A stretch of DNA of 64,000 nt, from positions 1-64,000 of the IMG/VR virus record IMGVR_UViG_2556921664_000001. One strand, written 5' to 3'. This document shows positions 55,491 through 64,000 of the stretch, piece by piece; position 1 is the first letter of the stretch; every line of letters starts with the position of its first letter. The notes under the pieces are model-generated. The model was given only the letters and a program-made list of their open reading frames with translations. It was not told where the DNA came from and searched no databases. The position numbers and the translations under genes were made by a program. Source of the DNA: a virus (Duplodnaviria; Caudoviricetes).

Positions 55491-55607
55491 AATTCTCCTT
55501 AAGTGTTGTATTGCCTTCTGGCACTTATATACATCACTCTAAAGCACACTATTATCAAGCGTTTTAGCAAGTATACAAAAGGCCGCCCAAAGGGCAGCCC
55601 GTTATTT

Positions 55608-56312
55608 TCACTCTGGTTTACCAGTTTTGAATGCACTGGAGCCTTCAAGTTTGCTCAGGAGAAGTTTTCTGTGAGGCTTATAAAAATTACCGATAAATCC
55701 AAGTCTTAAAAGGAAACACCTGAAGGCATATTTCTCATTCGTTACTTCCTTTTCCTTGGCACTAATGCGTTTTTGGCACTTGGCCATTTTTGCAAGTTTT
55801 GAAATGAAGGTTGCGTAGATTATTTTTTCCCTATCTTCCAATGGATTCTGGAACCAAGGAAATCTTATTTGATTCCCCTCCACCTTTATTGGAAGTTCCT
55901 CAATTCCGAGGGCCTTCTTTATAAGGCTGCCCTTTGCTTTTATCAGGTTCTCCAGGTTTTGGAGGGAATTTTCATCGAAGCCCTCATAAGGGATTGCCAT
56001 TTTGATTTCCTCTTCGCTGTCGGCCTCCTGTTGGCTGTCTGCCCCGTCAAGCTGCTCCAGCACCTTTCCGATGTTCTCGTTCTTTCCCCCGGCGAACCCG
56101 GCTTCGAGGAGTCCGTCAACTACCTTCTTGGCGATTTCGTTATCCCCTACTTCGTCAAATTCCAAGGTTCCTTCCTTGTCCAAGTGGAATGGGCCAATCT
56201 GGTAGGCGCAACTTGGCATTCCAAGGTACTTTGCCTTTTCCCCGGTAACCTTGCTGATCACCTTCACCATTTCCTTGCGCTGTGCGCCTGTTCTGTCGTA
56301 ATGAATCTTCAT
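55608..56312 (-). CDS. Conserved prophage protein (often annotated virulence-related)
   Basis: AKYLGMPSCAYQIG, RFPWF, NEKYAFRCFLLRLGFIG; C-terminus resembles the amidoligase tail. Confidence 0.8.
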   Translation of the reverse strand: MKIHYDRTGAQRKEMVKVISKVTGEKAKYLGMPSCAYQIGPFHLDKEGTLEFDEVGDNEIAKKVVDGLLEAGFAGGKNENIGKVLEQLDGADSQQEADSEEEIKMAIPYEGFDENSLQNLENLIKAKGSLIKKALGIEELPIKVEGNQIRFPWFQNPLEDREKIIYATFISKLAKMAKCQKRISAKEKEVTNEKYAFRCFLLRLGFIGNFYKPHRKLLLSKLEGSSAFKTGKPE

Positions 56313-56483
56313 TTCTGATTTCCTCCTTTTTGGTGATGTTTATTTTGGTATGTGTATGATTGCTCTAAGCAACATTTATAGCAAGTTGTTTTTCGATAAA
56401 TAATAATTATTTATTTTGCACATATTACTTGCTAATTATGTGCTTTAGAGTGATATATACAGTACCGAAAGAAAAGCACACCT

Positions 56484-56930
56484 TTGAAGGAGGAAAACAG
56501 CATGATTAAGGATTTTTACAACGAACTCAAGAACCTGAGAAGCCGCTACAAGGAGGCAACCACCGAAGAAGAAAAGAACCAGCTCAAAGCAGAATACAAA
56601 GACCTTGAGGCAAGGATCAAGGAACGCGGCGAAGGCTTCGCCTGGGTGTTCAGCCTTTACGAAACAAGCCAGGAAAGAGAAAACAGCCGCCTCGACCTTG
56701 GCCAGGACTGCATTTGGGAAAAAGACATCCCGATGCTTTTAAAGGGCCTTGAGGACGCGGGAATCAAGGAATTTACCTTCAGCTCAACCTGGAGCAGCTC
56801 CAACAAGATTGCCTGGGAATTCACAAAATCAGGCTGGAAGCTGGAAGGAATGACCTTGGTGAACACCCACAAGGCTTGGCCAGGCGAAGACTACCAGCAG
56901 GAACCGGCCTTCATTTTCACCCGCGGCTGA
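56484..56930 (+). CDS. Conserved small prophage protein (likely start MIKDF)
   Basis: GGAGG RBS; GIKEFTFSSTWS motif; divergent promoter. Confidence 0.75.
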   Translation: MKEENSMIKDFYNELKNLRSRYKEATTEEEKNQLKAEYKDLEARIKERGEGFAWVFSLYETSQERENSRLDLGQDCIWEKDIPMLLKGLEDAGIKEFTFSSTWSSSNKIAWEFTKSGWKLEGMTLVNTHKAWPGEDYQQEPAFIFTRG

Positions 56931-57044
56931 AAAGCCGCAGCCCCCGCCCCCTGCGAGGGGGCCTTTCCTCGTCTTATGAGAATATACAGTATACTCGCAT
57001 TTCTAGTCTTCTCGAGTTTGCCATGCTAAAGTATCCGGGCCTAT

Positions 57045-58361
57045 TCAAGCTGAATGAGAACCCTTCTGCTTATCGGTTACTGAGGATTCCTTAAATTCAA
57101 GTTCCTCGTCTGTCGGGATATACACATCGTTGCAAGGAAGTTCCTCGCCATCTCTGATTACCCGCACATCATCTGTTCCGTAGCTTGCCACAAATCTTCT
57201 GACAATGGCAGATGCGTATTTGGGATCAAGCTCCATGAGATAGGCTTTTCTATTCAGCTGGGCGGCTGCCATCATAGTAGAACCGCTGCCACCAAACAGG
57301 TCAAGAACTATGCCGTTCTCCTGGCAGGAGTTCTGCATCGGATAAGCTATCAACGGCAGTGGTTTCTGTGTCGGATGAAGCTTTGATTTCGTTGGCTTAT
57401 CAAATTCCCAGACCGTGGTCTGCTTACGGTCACCATAGAATTTATGCTTGGCTGTGTCCTTAAAAGCATAAAGCACTGGCTCATGCCGCATCTGATAATC
57501 CATTCTCCCAATAACCAGAGCATTCTTTACCCAAATGCAGGTCGTGGAATAATGGAACCCAGCATCCACAGAAGCATTGAAGAAGTTACATTTTTCCGCA
57601 TCCGAATGGAACGCATAAAATGCGCCGCCATCAACCAGGCTGTTATAGGCATTCTTGAATGCGTCCAACAGGAAGTGATAGAAGGCTTCTCCATCACTCC
57701 ATTTATCATTCATGATGGTCATTCCGGTACCGCCTTTATAAGCACAGTTATAAGGCGGGTCGGTAATACACACATTTGCCTTCTGGCCGTTCATAAGTGT
57801 AGCTACATCTTTTGGATTTGTGGAATCACCACACAAAAGACGGTGTTCGCCCAGGAGCCAAAGGTCACCAGATTTAACAAAAGCCGCCGCATCAAGGGCG
57901 GCATTGACATCAAAGTCATCGTCCTCGGTGTCTTTATCATCTGTGCCAAAGAGATCGGCCAGTTCCTTTTCATCAAAGCCTGTAAGGCCAATATCGAAGC
58001 CCTCACTTTCAAGGGACTCAATCTCAATCTTTAAAAGCTCATCATCCCAGCCAGCATCCAAAGACAATCTGTTGTCTGCCAGGATATAAGCTTTCTTCTG
58101 TGCTTCAGTAAGATAAGCAGCGGAGACACATGGTACCTGTTTCAAACCCAGTTGCTTTGCAGCGGCAATTCTGCCATGTCCTGCCAAAATGCCATGTTCT
58201 CCGTCTGTTATCACCGGATTAATAAACCCAAACTCTTTGATAGCACTTGCCAGCTTGGTCACCTGTTCAGGCGAGTGTGTTCTGGCATTGTTCACATAAG
58301 GAATAAGCTGGTCAACATCGACCAGCTCGTATTTCAATTTTTCCAAACAAATCACTTCCAA
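57045..58361 (-). CDS. ParB-N-domain-fused N4/N6 DNA methyltransferase
   Basis: IPYVNNARTH (ParB), ITDPPYN, HPTQKP, LDLFGGSGST. Confidence 0.93.
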   Translation of the reverse strand: MEVICLEKLKYELVDVDQLIPYVNNARTHSPEQVTKLASAIKEFGFINPVITDGEHGILAGHGRIAAAKQLGLKQVPCVSAAYLTEAQKKAYILADNRLSLDAGWDDELLKIEIESLESEGFDIGLTGFDEKELADLFGTDDKDTEDDDFDVNAALDAAAFVKSGDLWLLGEHRLLCGDSTNPKDVATLMNGQKANVCITDPPYNCAYKGGTGMTIMNDKWSDGEAFYHFLLDAFKNAYNSLVDGGAFYAFHSDAEKCNFFNASVDAGFHYSTTCIWVKNALVIGRMDYQMRHEPVLYAFKDTAKHKFYGDRKQTTVWEFDKPTKSKLHPTQKPLPLIAYPMQNSCQENGIVLDLFGGSGSTMMAAAQLNRKAYLMELDPKYASAIVRRFVASYGTDDVRVIRDGEELPCNDVYIPTDEELEFKESSVTDKQKGSHSA

Positions 58362-58398
58362 TCCTTCAAATGGTTGTTTTTTTAACCAGCACTCAATT

Positions 58399-58854
58399 GT
58401 GCTTCTTGCCCTAATGTATTACAATTTTTTTAAAGGGAGGTGCATTATTATGTGGCATTATTTGGTATTCCTTTTCCCGATAAAAATACCTAGTTTTGTG
58501 GCAATTATCATCTTTCTGGTAATCACACCGTGGATAATTTATAAGCTAATAAGTATCTTCTTTACGGGTGCCGTTCCTGGTGTTTTGCATTGCTACCAAA
58601 GACTCTACAGGAGCATGGAAGAATACCTTGATGACCTCCATTGCAAAGAACTGCATAAACAGGCTGCAGCTTTAAGTGCCAAGGCAGCAAAAGAACGTTC
58701 AATATCTGCAGTAATCCCCGAAGATAAAAGACCATTAATCGATTATGAACCCAGCAATGAAATTCCACTAAGAGCAAAATTAGTAACATTGTATTTCTTT
58801 ATTTGTGCAACTGTCGTACTGTTTGCCTTATACACATTTATCAAGAACCATTAG
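58399..58854 (+). CDS. Moron: membrane protein with N- and C-terminal TM segments (likely start MWHY)
   Basis: Hydrophobic termini; opposite strand; followed by hairpin AGACCTCAC/GTGAGGTCT. Confidence 0.6.
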   Translation: MLLALMYYNFFKGRCIIMWHYLVFLFPIKIPSFVAIIIFLVITPWIIYKLISIFFTGAVPGVLHCYQRLYRSMEEYLDDLHCKELHKQAAALSAKAAKERSISAVIPEDKRPLIDYEPSNEIPLRAKLVTLYFFICATVVLFALYTFIKNH

Positions 58855-58878
58855 ACCTCACACCGTGTGAGGTCTTTT

Positions 58879-59457
58879 TTATTTCCTTTCCCTGGCTCTT
58901 AGCAGGCGCTCCATCAAATCATCTGACGGGGTGTCTCCCTCATAGCCGGTAACGCAGTTCTCTTTTACTATTTGGAATATCTCATTCCACAGCCTGTTGG
59001 CTTGGTTCATGTAGTTTATACCGATGTTTATGAATGGCGAGGTTATTGGCTTGCCGGAAGTCGGGTGTTTACTGAGCATACCCATACGGCTTGTCAGCTC
59101 CTCACACTGAATCCATCTGGCAGAGCACATGGCATAACGCTCCAAGAGCTGTTTACTAATCTTGGTATGCATACCGAGACGTTTCAGCCAGTTCCATGTT
59201 TCTGTATAAATCTCCTTAGCCTCAAGTTCACTTCCATCACGCTGCTGGGCGGAGAGGAACTCTCTTGGCTCCGGCATATCAGCACCTTCAAGTTCGACTG
59301 GTTCAGGCATATCAGGAATATCTAAGACAACTAACGGTCTGCCGCCTGGATTGCCTGTGGCCACCTTGTCAGCCAGTGCTTTTTTCTTACGACCAGCACC
59401 CGGCCTAGCACCTCCACGCCCTCCAATATTATTTGATTTAGTCGGCAAACCGAACAC
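58879..59457 (-). CDS. terS: Terminase small subunit (P27 family)
   Basis: GGARPGAGRKKK, GNPGGRPL, LLERYAM, SPF. Confidence 0.9.
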   Translation of the reverse strand: MFGLPTKSNNIGGRGGARPGAGRKKKALADKVATGNPGGRPLVVLDIPDMPEPVELEGADMPEPREFLSAQQRDGSELEAKEIYTETWNWLKRLGMHTKISKQLLERYAMCSARWIQCEELTSRMGMLSKHPTSGKPITSPFINIGINYMNQANRLWNEIFQIVKENCVTGYEGDTPSDDLMERLLRARERK

Positions 59458-59556
59458 TCCTTCCTTTTACCCTTCTGAAATCGCACTTTTTCTGCGCGAG
59501 GGGGGTGCCCGCTGGACAAGCGTCCGCTCCACAGAGATTTTAGGCCCCCCTCCCCC

Positions 59557-59931
59557 TCAGTACGTGTATTCCTTCTGCTTGTTCCACCTATCGCCCATGA
59601 GTGCCGTAATACGACTGTGACAAGCCTTACACAGACTCATGAGGTTCAGTGGATTATGATTACCACCGTGATCCAGTGGCAGGATATGATGCACTTCCTC
59701 GACAGGTGTTACCCGCTTATTAAGCAGGCACATCTCACAGACAGGGTGTGCAGCTACATATCTCTTACGAGCCTTCTTCCATTGGTAACCGTAACGTTTA
59801 CGTTCCTCTGGGGTTCGCTCGTAGTCTTTTTGATGCATGGCTTCATGTTCCTTGCAGTAGTTCCCGGCGGTCAGCTTCGGACAGCCAGGGTGCTTGCAAG
59901 GCTTCATTGGTTTCCTTGGCATACTAATCAC
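59557..59931 (-). CDS. HNH endonuclease (packaging-associated)
   Basis: HPVCEMC, EEVHHILPL..GG.H...NLMSLCKACH. Confidence 0.93.
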   Translation of the reverse strand: MISMPRKPMKPCKHPGCPKLTAGNYCKEHEAMHQKDYERTPEERKRYGYQWKKARKRYVAAHPVCEMCLLNKRVTPVEEVHHILPLDHGGNHNPLNLMSLCKACHSRITALMGDRWNKQKEYTY

Positions 59932-59998
59932 TCCAATAGAAAAGCCACCAAGGATTGCTCCCTGATGGCTCGTCTTATCTTACTTTCTCTAGTTTATA

Positions 59999-60451
59999 CT
60001 ATATCACACTACCAGTCGGACATTCTCGGACATTTTCGGACAAGATTTTGTCAGCTTCATTTAATGCCTCGGTTTTAAACCTCCTCACCTGACGCTCCTC
60101 ATACTTCATCTCAACAGCAATCTGTTCCCATCTCTTTCTTTGAAGATAACGCTTTGCTAAAACAATACGATGCTCTAGTCTTGGTAACTTACCAATAACA
60201 TCATTTATCTCCTGCTTAAGATTAACCAATTCATCAATCCTTGAATTAATCTTTCGCTCATAATCTATCAAGGAAACCATTGTGTCTTGGAACCTATCGT
60301 TGTTCTTTAATGGAGCTCCAGGCATATCATTTATCGTTGATGTAACTCGTGTGGCCATGTCACGAATTGATTGTGATTCCTCAATAAGGGTATCAATCTC
60401 CATGTCCAATAATCTAGCTTTATTAAAAAGCTCTACAGCCTTCACCATCAA
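59999..60451 (-). CDS. ArpU/RinA-like late transcription regulator
   Basis: VLAKRYL...WEQIAVEM.Y..RQV.R sigma4-like HTH. Confidence 0.8.
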   Translation of the reverse strand: MMVKAVELFNKARLLDMEIDTLIEESQSIRDMATRVTSTINDMPGAPLKNNDRFQDTMVSLIDYERKINSRIDELVNLKQEINDVIGKLPRLEHRIVLAKRYLQRKRWEQIAVEMKYEERQVRRFKTEALNEADKILSENVRECPTGSVI

Positions 60452-60642
60452 TCACCTGCCTTAAGCCTACCCAGAACCATCTCGCCATCAAGCCCAGTGA
60501 GGTCACTGAACCACTTGGAAAGGAAGAACTTCTCCAGCTTATCCTTTTCGTATGATTCCTTCTCGTGTCTGACAGCTCTGTAATCCTTGGCTGCCTGTTT
60601 TACAATGGCCTGCACGAGGTTAAAAATGCCATTTTCACACAT
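60448..60642 (-). CDS. Small conserved phage protein
   Basis: AIVKQAAKDYR...FFLSKWF..LT. Confidence 0.75.
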   Translation of the reverse strand: MCENGIFNLVQAIVKQAAKDYRAVRHEKESYEKDKLEKFFLSKWFSDLTGLDGEMVLGRLKAGD

Positions 60643-61980
60643 CTATATCACCGCCTTAACCGCATCTATTAGTGCCGACTGAGTTGTATCTTTTGCCTTT
60701 AAAGCCTTAAGGATTCTCCCATCAACTGTGTCCTTGCAGATAATGTGCTGGATGACAACAGTACCTGCTGACTGTCCCTGCCGCCAGAGTCTTGCGTTGG
60801 TCTGCTGGTAAAGTTCCAAAGACCAGGTAAGACCGAACCACACCAGTGTGTTTCCTCCTGCCTGAAGGTTCAGTCCATGGCCAGCTGAAGCGGGATGAAT
60901 AACAGCCACAGGGATTTTGCCTTCATTCCAGTCAGCAATATCAGCACTGGTCTTTATCTCTCGTACCTTGAACCGACTGCTGATAGCTTCAAGGTCATGC
61001 TTAAACCAATATGCAATTAGCAGGGGCTGGCCGTTGGCTGACTCGATAATGTCCTCAAGGGCATCCAGCTTTCGGTCGTGGATTTTCACCACATTCTTAC
61101 TCTCATCATAGATCCTGCCATTGGACATCTGACACAGCTTGTTGGTAAGACTTGCAGCATTGGCGGCAGTAATAGCTCCATCCGGGAGTTCCATAACCAT
61201 CTCATCTTTGAGTTCATCATATTTGGCTCGTTCCTTTGGGCTCATCTCCACTTCTATCTCGTTGGTGATGAGTTCCGGCATATCAAGGTGGTCAATGGCT
61301 GACATTGATATGGTGATGTCCGAGATTTTCTCATAGATTTCCTTTTCAGCAAATGGAAGTGGCTTGTAAGAATACACAATATATCCGTTCATCTTGTCCG
61401 GCCGGAAATACCACTCACGGTAATTTCCGATGAACCGCCCCAGTCTCTTTCCATAATCCAGAATCTTGAACTGCGCCCAAAGGTCCATCAGTCCGTTGCT
61501 GGAAGGTGTTCCAGTAAGACCTACAATCCTTTTAACAAACGGCCGCATCCTGCACATTGCTTTGAAGCGCTTGCTTCTGTGGTTCTTAAACGAACTCAGC
61601 TCATCGATTACAACCATATCAAAGTTCCAATCACAGTGTTTTACCAGCCAATCAACATTCTCCCTGTTGATGATAACTATCTGGGCTGAGCTGTCATTAA
61701 TGGCTGCCATTCTTTCCTTGGTGCTGCCAACAGCAACAGTGTGTCGGAGCCCACTAATATGATCCCACTTCTTTATCTCAGCCGGCCATGTATCTCGTGC
61801 AACTCTCAGTGGTGCGATAACAAGAACACGCTTCACCACTCCTTTATCCAGCAAATCCTTTAATGCTGTGAGGGTTATTGCTGTCTTGCCCAAGCCCATA
61901 TCAAGCAGCAGGCAGGATATTTCATTGTTTTCCACAAAGTCGATGGCATATTGCTGATAGCCATGTGGTTTAAACTCCAT
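60643..61980 (-). CDS. SNF2-family helicase
   Basis: DMGLGKT, VVIDELS, GLTGTP, SAGHGLNLQ, QTNARLWRQGQ. Confidence 0.95.
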   Translation of the reverse strand: MEFKPHGYQQYAIDFVENNEISCLLLDMGLGKTAITLTALKDLLDKGVVKRVLVIAPLRVARDTWPAEIKKWDHISGLRHTVAVGSTKERMAAINDSSAQIVIINRENVDWLVKHCDWNFDMVVIDELSSFKNHRSKRFKAMCRMRPFVKRIVGLTGTPSSNGLMDLWAQFKILDYGKRLGRFIGNYREWYFRPDKMNGYIVYSYKPLPFAEKEIYEKISDITISMSAIDHLDMPELITNEIEVEMSPKERAKYDELKDEMVMELPDGAITAANAASLTNKLCQMSNGRIYDESKNVVKIHDRKLDALEDIIESANGQPLLIAYWFKHDLEAISSRFKVREIKTSADIADWNEGKIPVAVIHPASAGHGLNLQAGGNTLVWFGLTWSLELYQQTNARLWRQGQSAGTVVIQHIICKDTVDGRILKALKAKDTTQSALIDAVKAVI

Positions 61981-62248
61981 CGGCTATCACCTCCAGCATC
62001 GGCTTAATCTGCTCTGCTCCATCAATCACATAACACTTGAAGCCCAGCTTCTTAAGCTGTTTCATTCTTATCTGTTGCAGTTTTCTTGGTTTTTCCCCGG
62101 GAGCCTTAAGCTCCACAAAGGCACACTTGCCATTTGGGAGAAGCACCAGTCTGTCTGGGATACCAGCCAGTCCAGTCTGCTTTAAGCACATACCATTTCT
62201 ATTCTTAACTTCATCACAAAGTTTTCGTTCAATCTGCTTCTCAAGCAT
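61970..62248 (-). CDS. VRR-NUC domain nuclease
   Basis: GIPDRLVL...FVELKAPG.KPR.LQ. Confidence 0.92.
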   Translation of the reverse strand: MLEKQIERKLCDEVKNRNGMCLKQTGLAGIPDRLVLLPNGKCAFVELKAPGEKPRKLQQIRMKQLKKLGFKCYVIDGAEQIKPMLEVIADGV

Positions 62249-62269
62249 CTAAATCACCTCAATTTATAG

Positions 62270-62580
62270 TTTTGTCACGAAAAAACAGGCTTCTGTCAAA
62301 GGCTGTCTTGTTTTCAAAAAAGTGGCCTTAAGCTCCGACATCAGTGTTTTAAAGCCTGATTTAGTCATTTTGGCACCCATAGTCCAGCGAATATATAAAT
62401 TTTCCGATATCTTAATATCTAGAAAATTAGTAAATATATATATATTTAAAAAAGGGTTTTTATATTCTCTATAAGCGACAAAATGACAATAATCAGACAT
62501 CACAGAATTGATGCGGTATGAAGTGTCAAAATCATGCCTTGCACAAGCCAGACAAAAACTGACACAAGCCCATTGTCACA
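62270..62580. other. Putative phage replication origin
   Basis: AT-rich core (AAATATATATATATTTAAAAAA) flanked by many short TGTCA/TGACA-type repeats in both orientations, just downstream of the primase/helicase. Confidence 0.5.
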
Positions 62581-63997
62581 CCTTAGGGTTGACTAAATAA
62601 GATGGTAATGGTGGACGCCCGTAATACTTGACTGTGACGGGTTCCTGGCGAATATATCCGTAATCATCGAGGAAGTTCAAAATTGGCTGGATGACCTCTG
62701 TACGCTTAAATCTGGAACAATAACGCATCATATCCCTACGGGTAAAACGTTCCAACTTCTTTTCACGAATCTTGTCCAATATTACTTTTGCCTGTTCCCT
62801 AATCTGTTCCTCAGGCATTGCTGAAAAAGCCACCCTTGCATGTACCAGAAAATAGTTAGCCAGTCTGATGGCTCTACTCATAGTAGCTTTGCTTACCACC
62901 AATGGCACATCCTCATCTACCTGATCACCCTCATACTGCTCACAAAAGTCATGGCATACATACTTCTCTGCCCTGCAAAGAAGACCAGCTATTCTCAAGG
63001 TCGTCCCGCCCAGCTTACCTACCCATGCAGAAAACTCGGTGTATTCTTTAAGAAGGTCAGCTTCAAGGTTCATGGAAAACTGATAGAATAACTCCCTTGC
63101 GGCATCAGAAAGTGTGATGATTTTATTGCCGTAAGGGTCATCAAGCATATTGGTAATGAGTGTCTCGTATCTTGCTTTAACATCCTCCGGGACAGTCTTA
63201 CTGTTGATGTTTCTCTCACCCAGCCTTGAACTTGGAATGCAGTAAAGAAATCTGGCCGTAAGTCCACGTCCCTGGAAATTCTTATTGCCTAACACCTGCG
63301 ATGCCACACTTGGCTGCGCCATCAGCATCACTGTAAGAGCCGGGTTGAGTACATACTCACTGTCCCTGCCCACGCGGTCAACCTTGATGGTGTCCCCGGA
63401 GTATGCTTTAAGCATGACATCAATATTTACGGTCTTTGTATAGATACCAGCCAAGGTGTCAAAAATGCCGCCCTCACTTGATATGATGGCTGCATGGCCA
63501 TCATTTTTGGCCAGAATGGATACCAGTTTTTCAGTCGTAACATCATCTACATAAAGCTGCAGAGGATTGATTTCCTTGAAGCTGGCAATCTCCTCGGTTA
63601 CATTCTCCAGTTCATCCATGGTAGCTTTACCCATGGCAATTCTGTCCTCTATGGATTTCTGCTGTTTCTGTAACATCCTCAAACGGGACTTGTTCTTTTC
63701 CACTGTAGCCGCATGAACTCTGTTGTACTCAATCTCGTAAAGGCAGATGGCATTGCACATAAGTTTTATGACTGCCGACTTTCGCTCAGATGGCTGTGCT
63801 ACCTCAAGCGCATAAATGTTAAGTGGTTCAATCCAGTCAGCTTTGCCTGCAATGGAGTATTTACCCTGTATGCACACAGCAATCGCAGGAAGTGCCAGAA
63901 CGCCTGCCATATCAAGAGGTGTCTGCGTACTCTCAGATACTGCCAGCACATAATCTGCTATTGGCTTTGGCAGTGCATCAACCGGAAAAGGTGGCAT
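62576..63997 (-). CDS. DUF3987/YfjI-family replicative helicase domain (likely C-terminal part of a primase-helicase; 5' end outside the window)
   Basis: PFPVDALP, PSERKSA, DDVTTEKL, SSEGG, GLTARFLY. Confidence 0.85.
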   Translation of the reverse strand: MPPFPVDALPKPIADYVLAVSESTQTPLDMAGVLALPAIAVCIQGKYSIAGKADWIEPLNIYALEVAQPSERKSAVIKLMCNAICLYEIEYNRVHAATVEKNKSRLRMLQKQQKSIEDRIAMGKATMDELENVTEEIASFKEINPLQLYVDDVTTEKLVSILAKNDGHAAIISSEGGIFDTLAGIYTKTVNIDVMLKAYSGDTIKVDRVGRDSEYVLNPALTVMLMAQPSVASQVLGNKNFQGRGLTARFLYCIPSSRLGERNINSKTVPEDVKARYETLITNMLDDPYGNKIITLSDAARELFYQFSMNLEADLLKEYTEFSAWVGKLGGTTLRIAGLLCRAEKYVCHDFCEQYEGDQVDEDVPLVVSKATMSRAIRLANYFLVHARVAFSAMPEEQIREQAKVILDKIREKKLERFTRRDMMRYCSRFKRTEVIQPILNFLDDYGYIRQEPVTVKYYGRPPLPSYLVNPKV

Positions 63998-64000
63998 AAC

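Larger units (their letters stand above)
52490..56465. promoter_or_regulatory. Seven copies of a related sigma70-like promoter motif ahead of small genes
   Basis: CTTG(C/A)TA -35-like cores at ~52517, 53086, 54621, 55201, 55553, 56379 (minus) and 56429 (plus); TAATAT/CAATAT at 17 bp in three copies, a related GAT(A/G)TA or CAATCA segment in the others. Confidence 0.7.
33491..64000 (-). mobile_element. HK97-like siphoviral prophage, replication-to-lysis modules (continues beyond the right edge; may extend left to the recombinases at 6986)
   Basis: Canonical order of packaging, head, tail and lysis genes. Confidence 0.95.

Noticed and set aside
52490-56465. CRISPR-like or attC-like array from the recurring ~40-bp motif
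   Set aside because: Spacing is irregular and gene-sized, and the motif fits promoter elements; no cas or integron integrase is present

Overview
The window looks like Firmicutes DNA; a diderm Negativicutes (Selenomonadales-like) host is inferred from a spanin-like overlapping gene pair. It has three parts. (1) 33.5-64 kb is an HK97-like, probably cos-type siphoviral prophage on the minus strand, running off the right edge. In transcription order it carries DUF3987 primase/helicase, VRR-NUC, SNF2, HNH, TerS, ParB-MTase, a block of small individually promoted genes (amidoligase/GGCT), TerL, portal, Clp protease, capsid, head-tail genes, tail with a -1 frameshifted chaperone, TMP, tail tip and lysis genes. 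Three opposite-strand morons interrupt it. (2) About 10.8-33.4 kb is a ~22.6 kb accessory island between the lysis cassette and the triple serine-recombinase cassette that usually follows lysis genes in this prophage type. It contains an SRA-like/Tudor-like protein, a six-gene operon (DUF2779 fusion, membrane coiled-coil protein, Ycf46-like AAA+), a stripped-down PolC-family polymerase core, a metallopeptidase-vWA/MoxR pair, a SpoVK-like AAA+/orphan MotA operon, a degenerate N6-MTase-TRD fusion and a candidate sRNA. (3) 1-10.7 kb holds two serine-recombinase cassettes, an AAA_25 ATPase, an XRE regulator and an uncharacterised gene pair. No rRNA, tRNA, CRISPR array or reverse transcriptase was seen. 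The best candidates for undescribed systems are the minimal PolC (catalytic Asp kept; exonuclease, thumb and HhH lost) and the Ycf46-like AAA+/membrane coiled-coil operon. Family names come from motifs recognised by eye; no database search was run.
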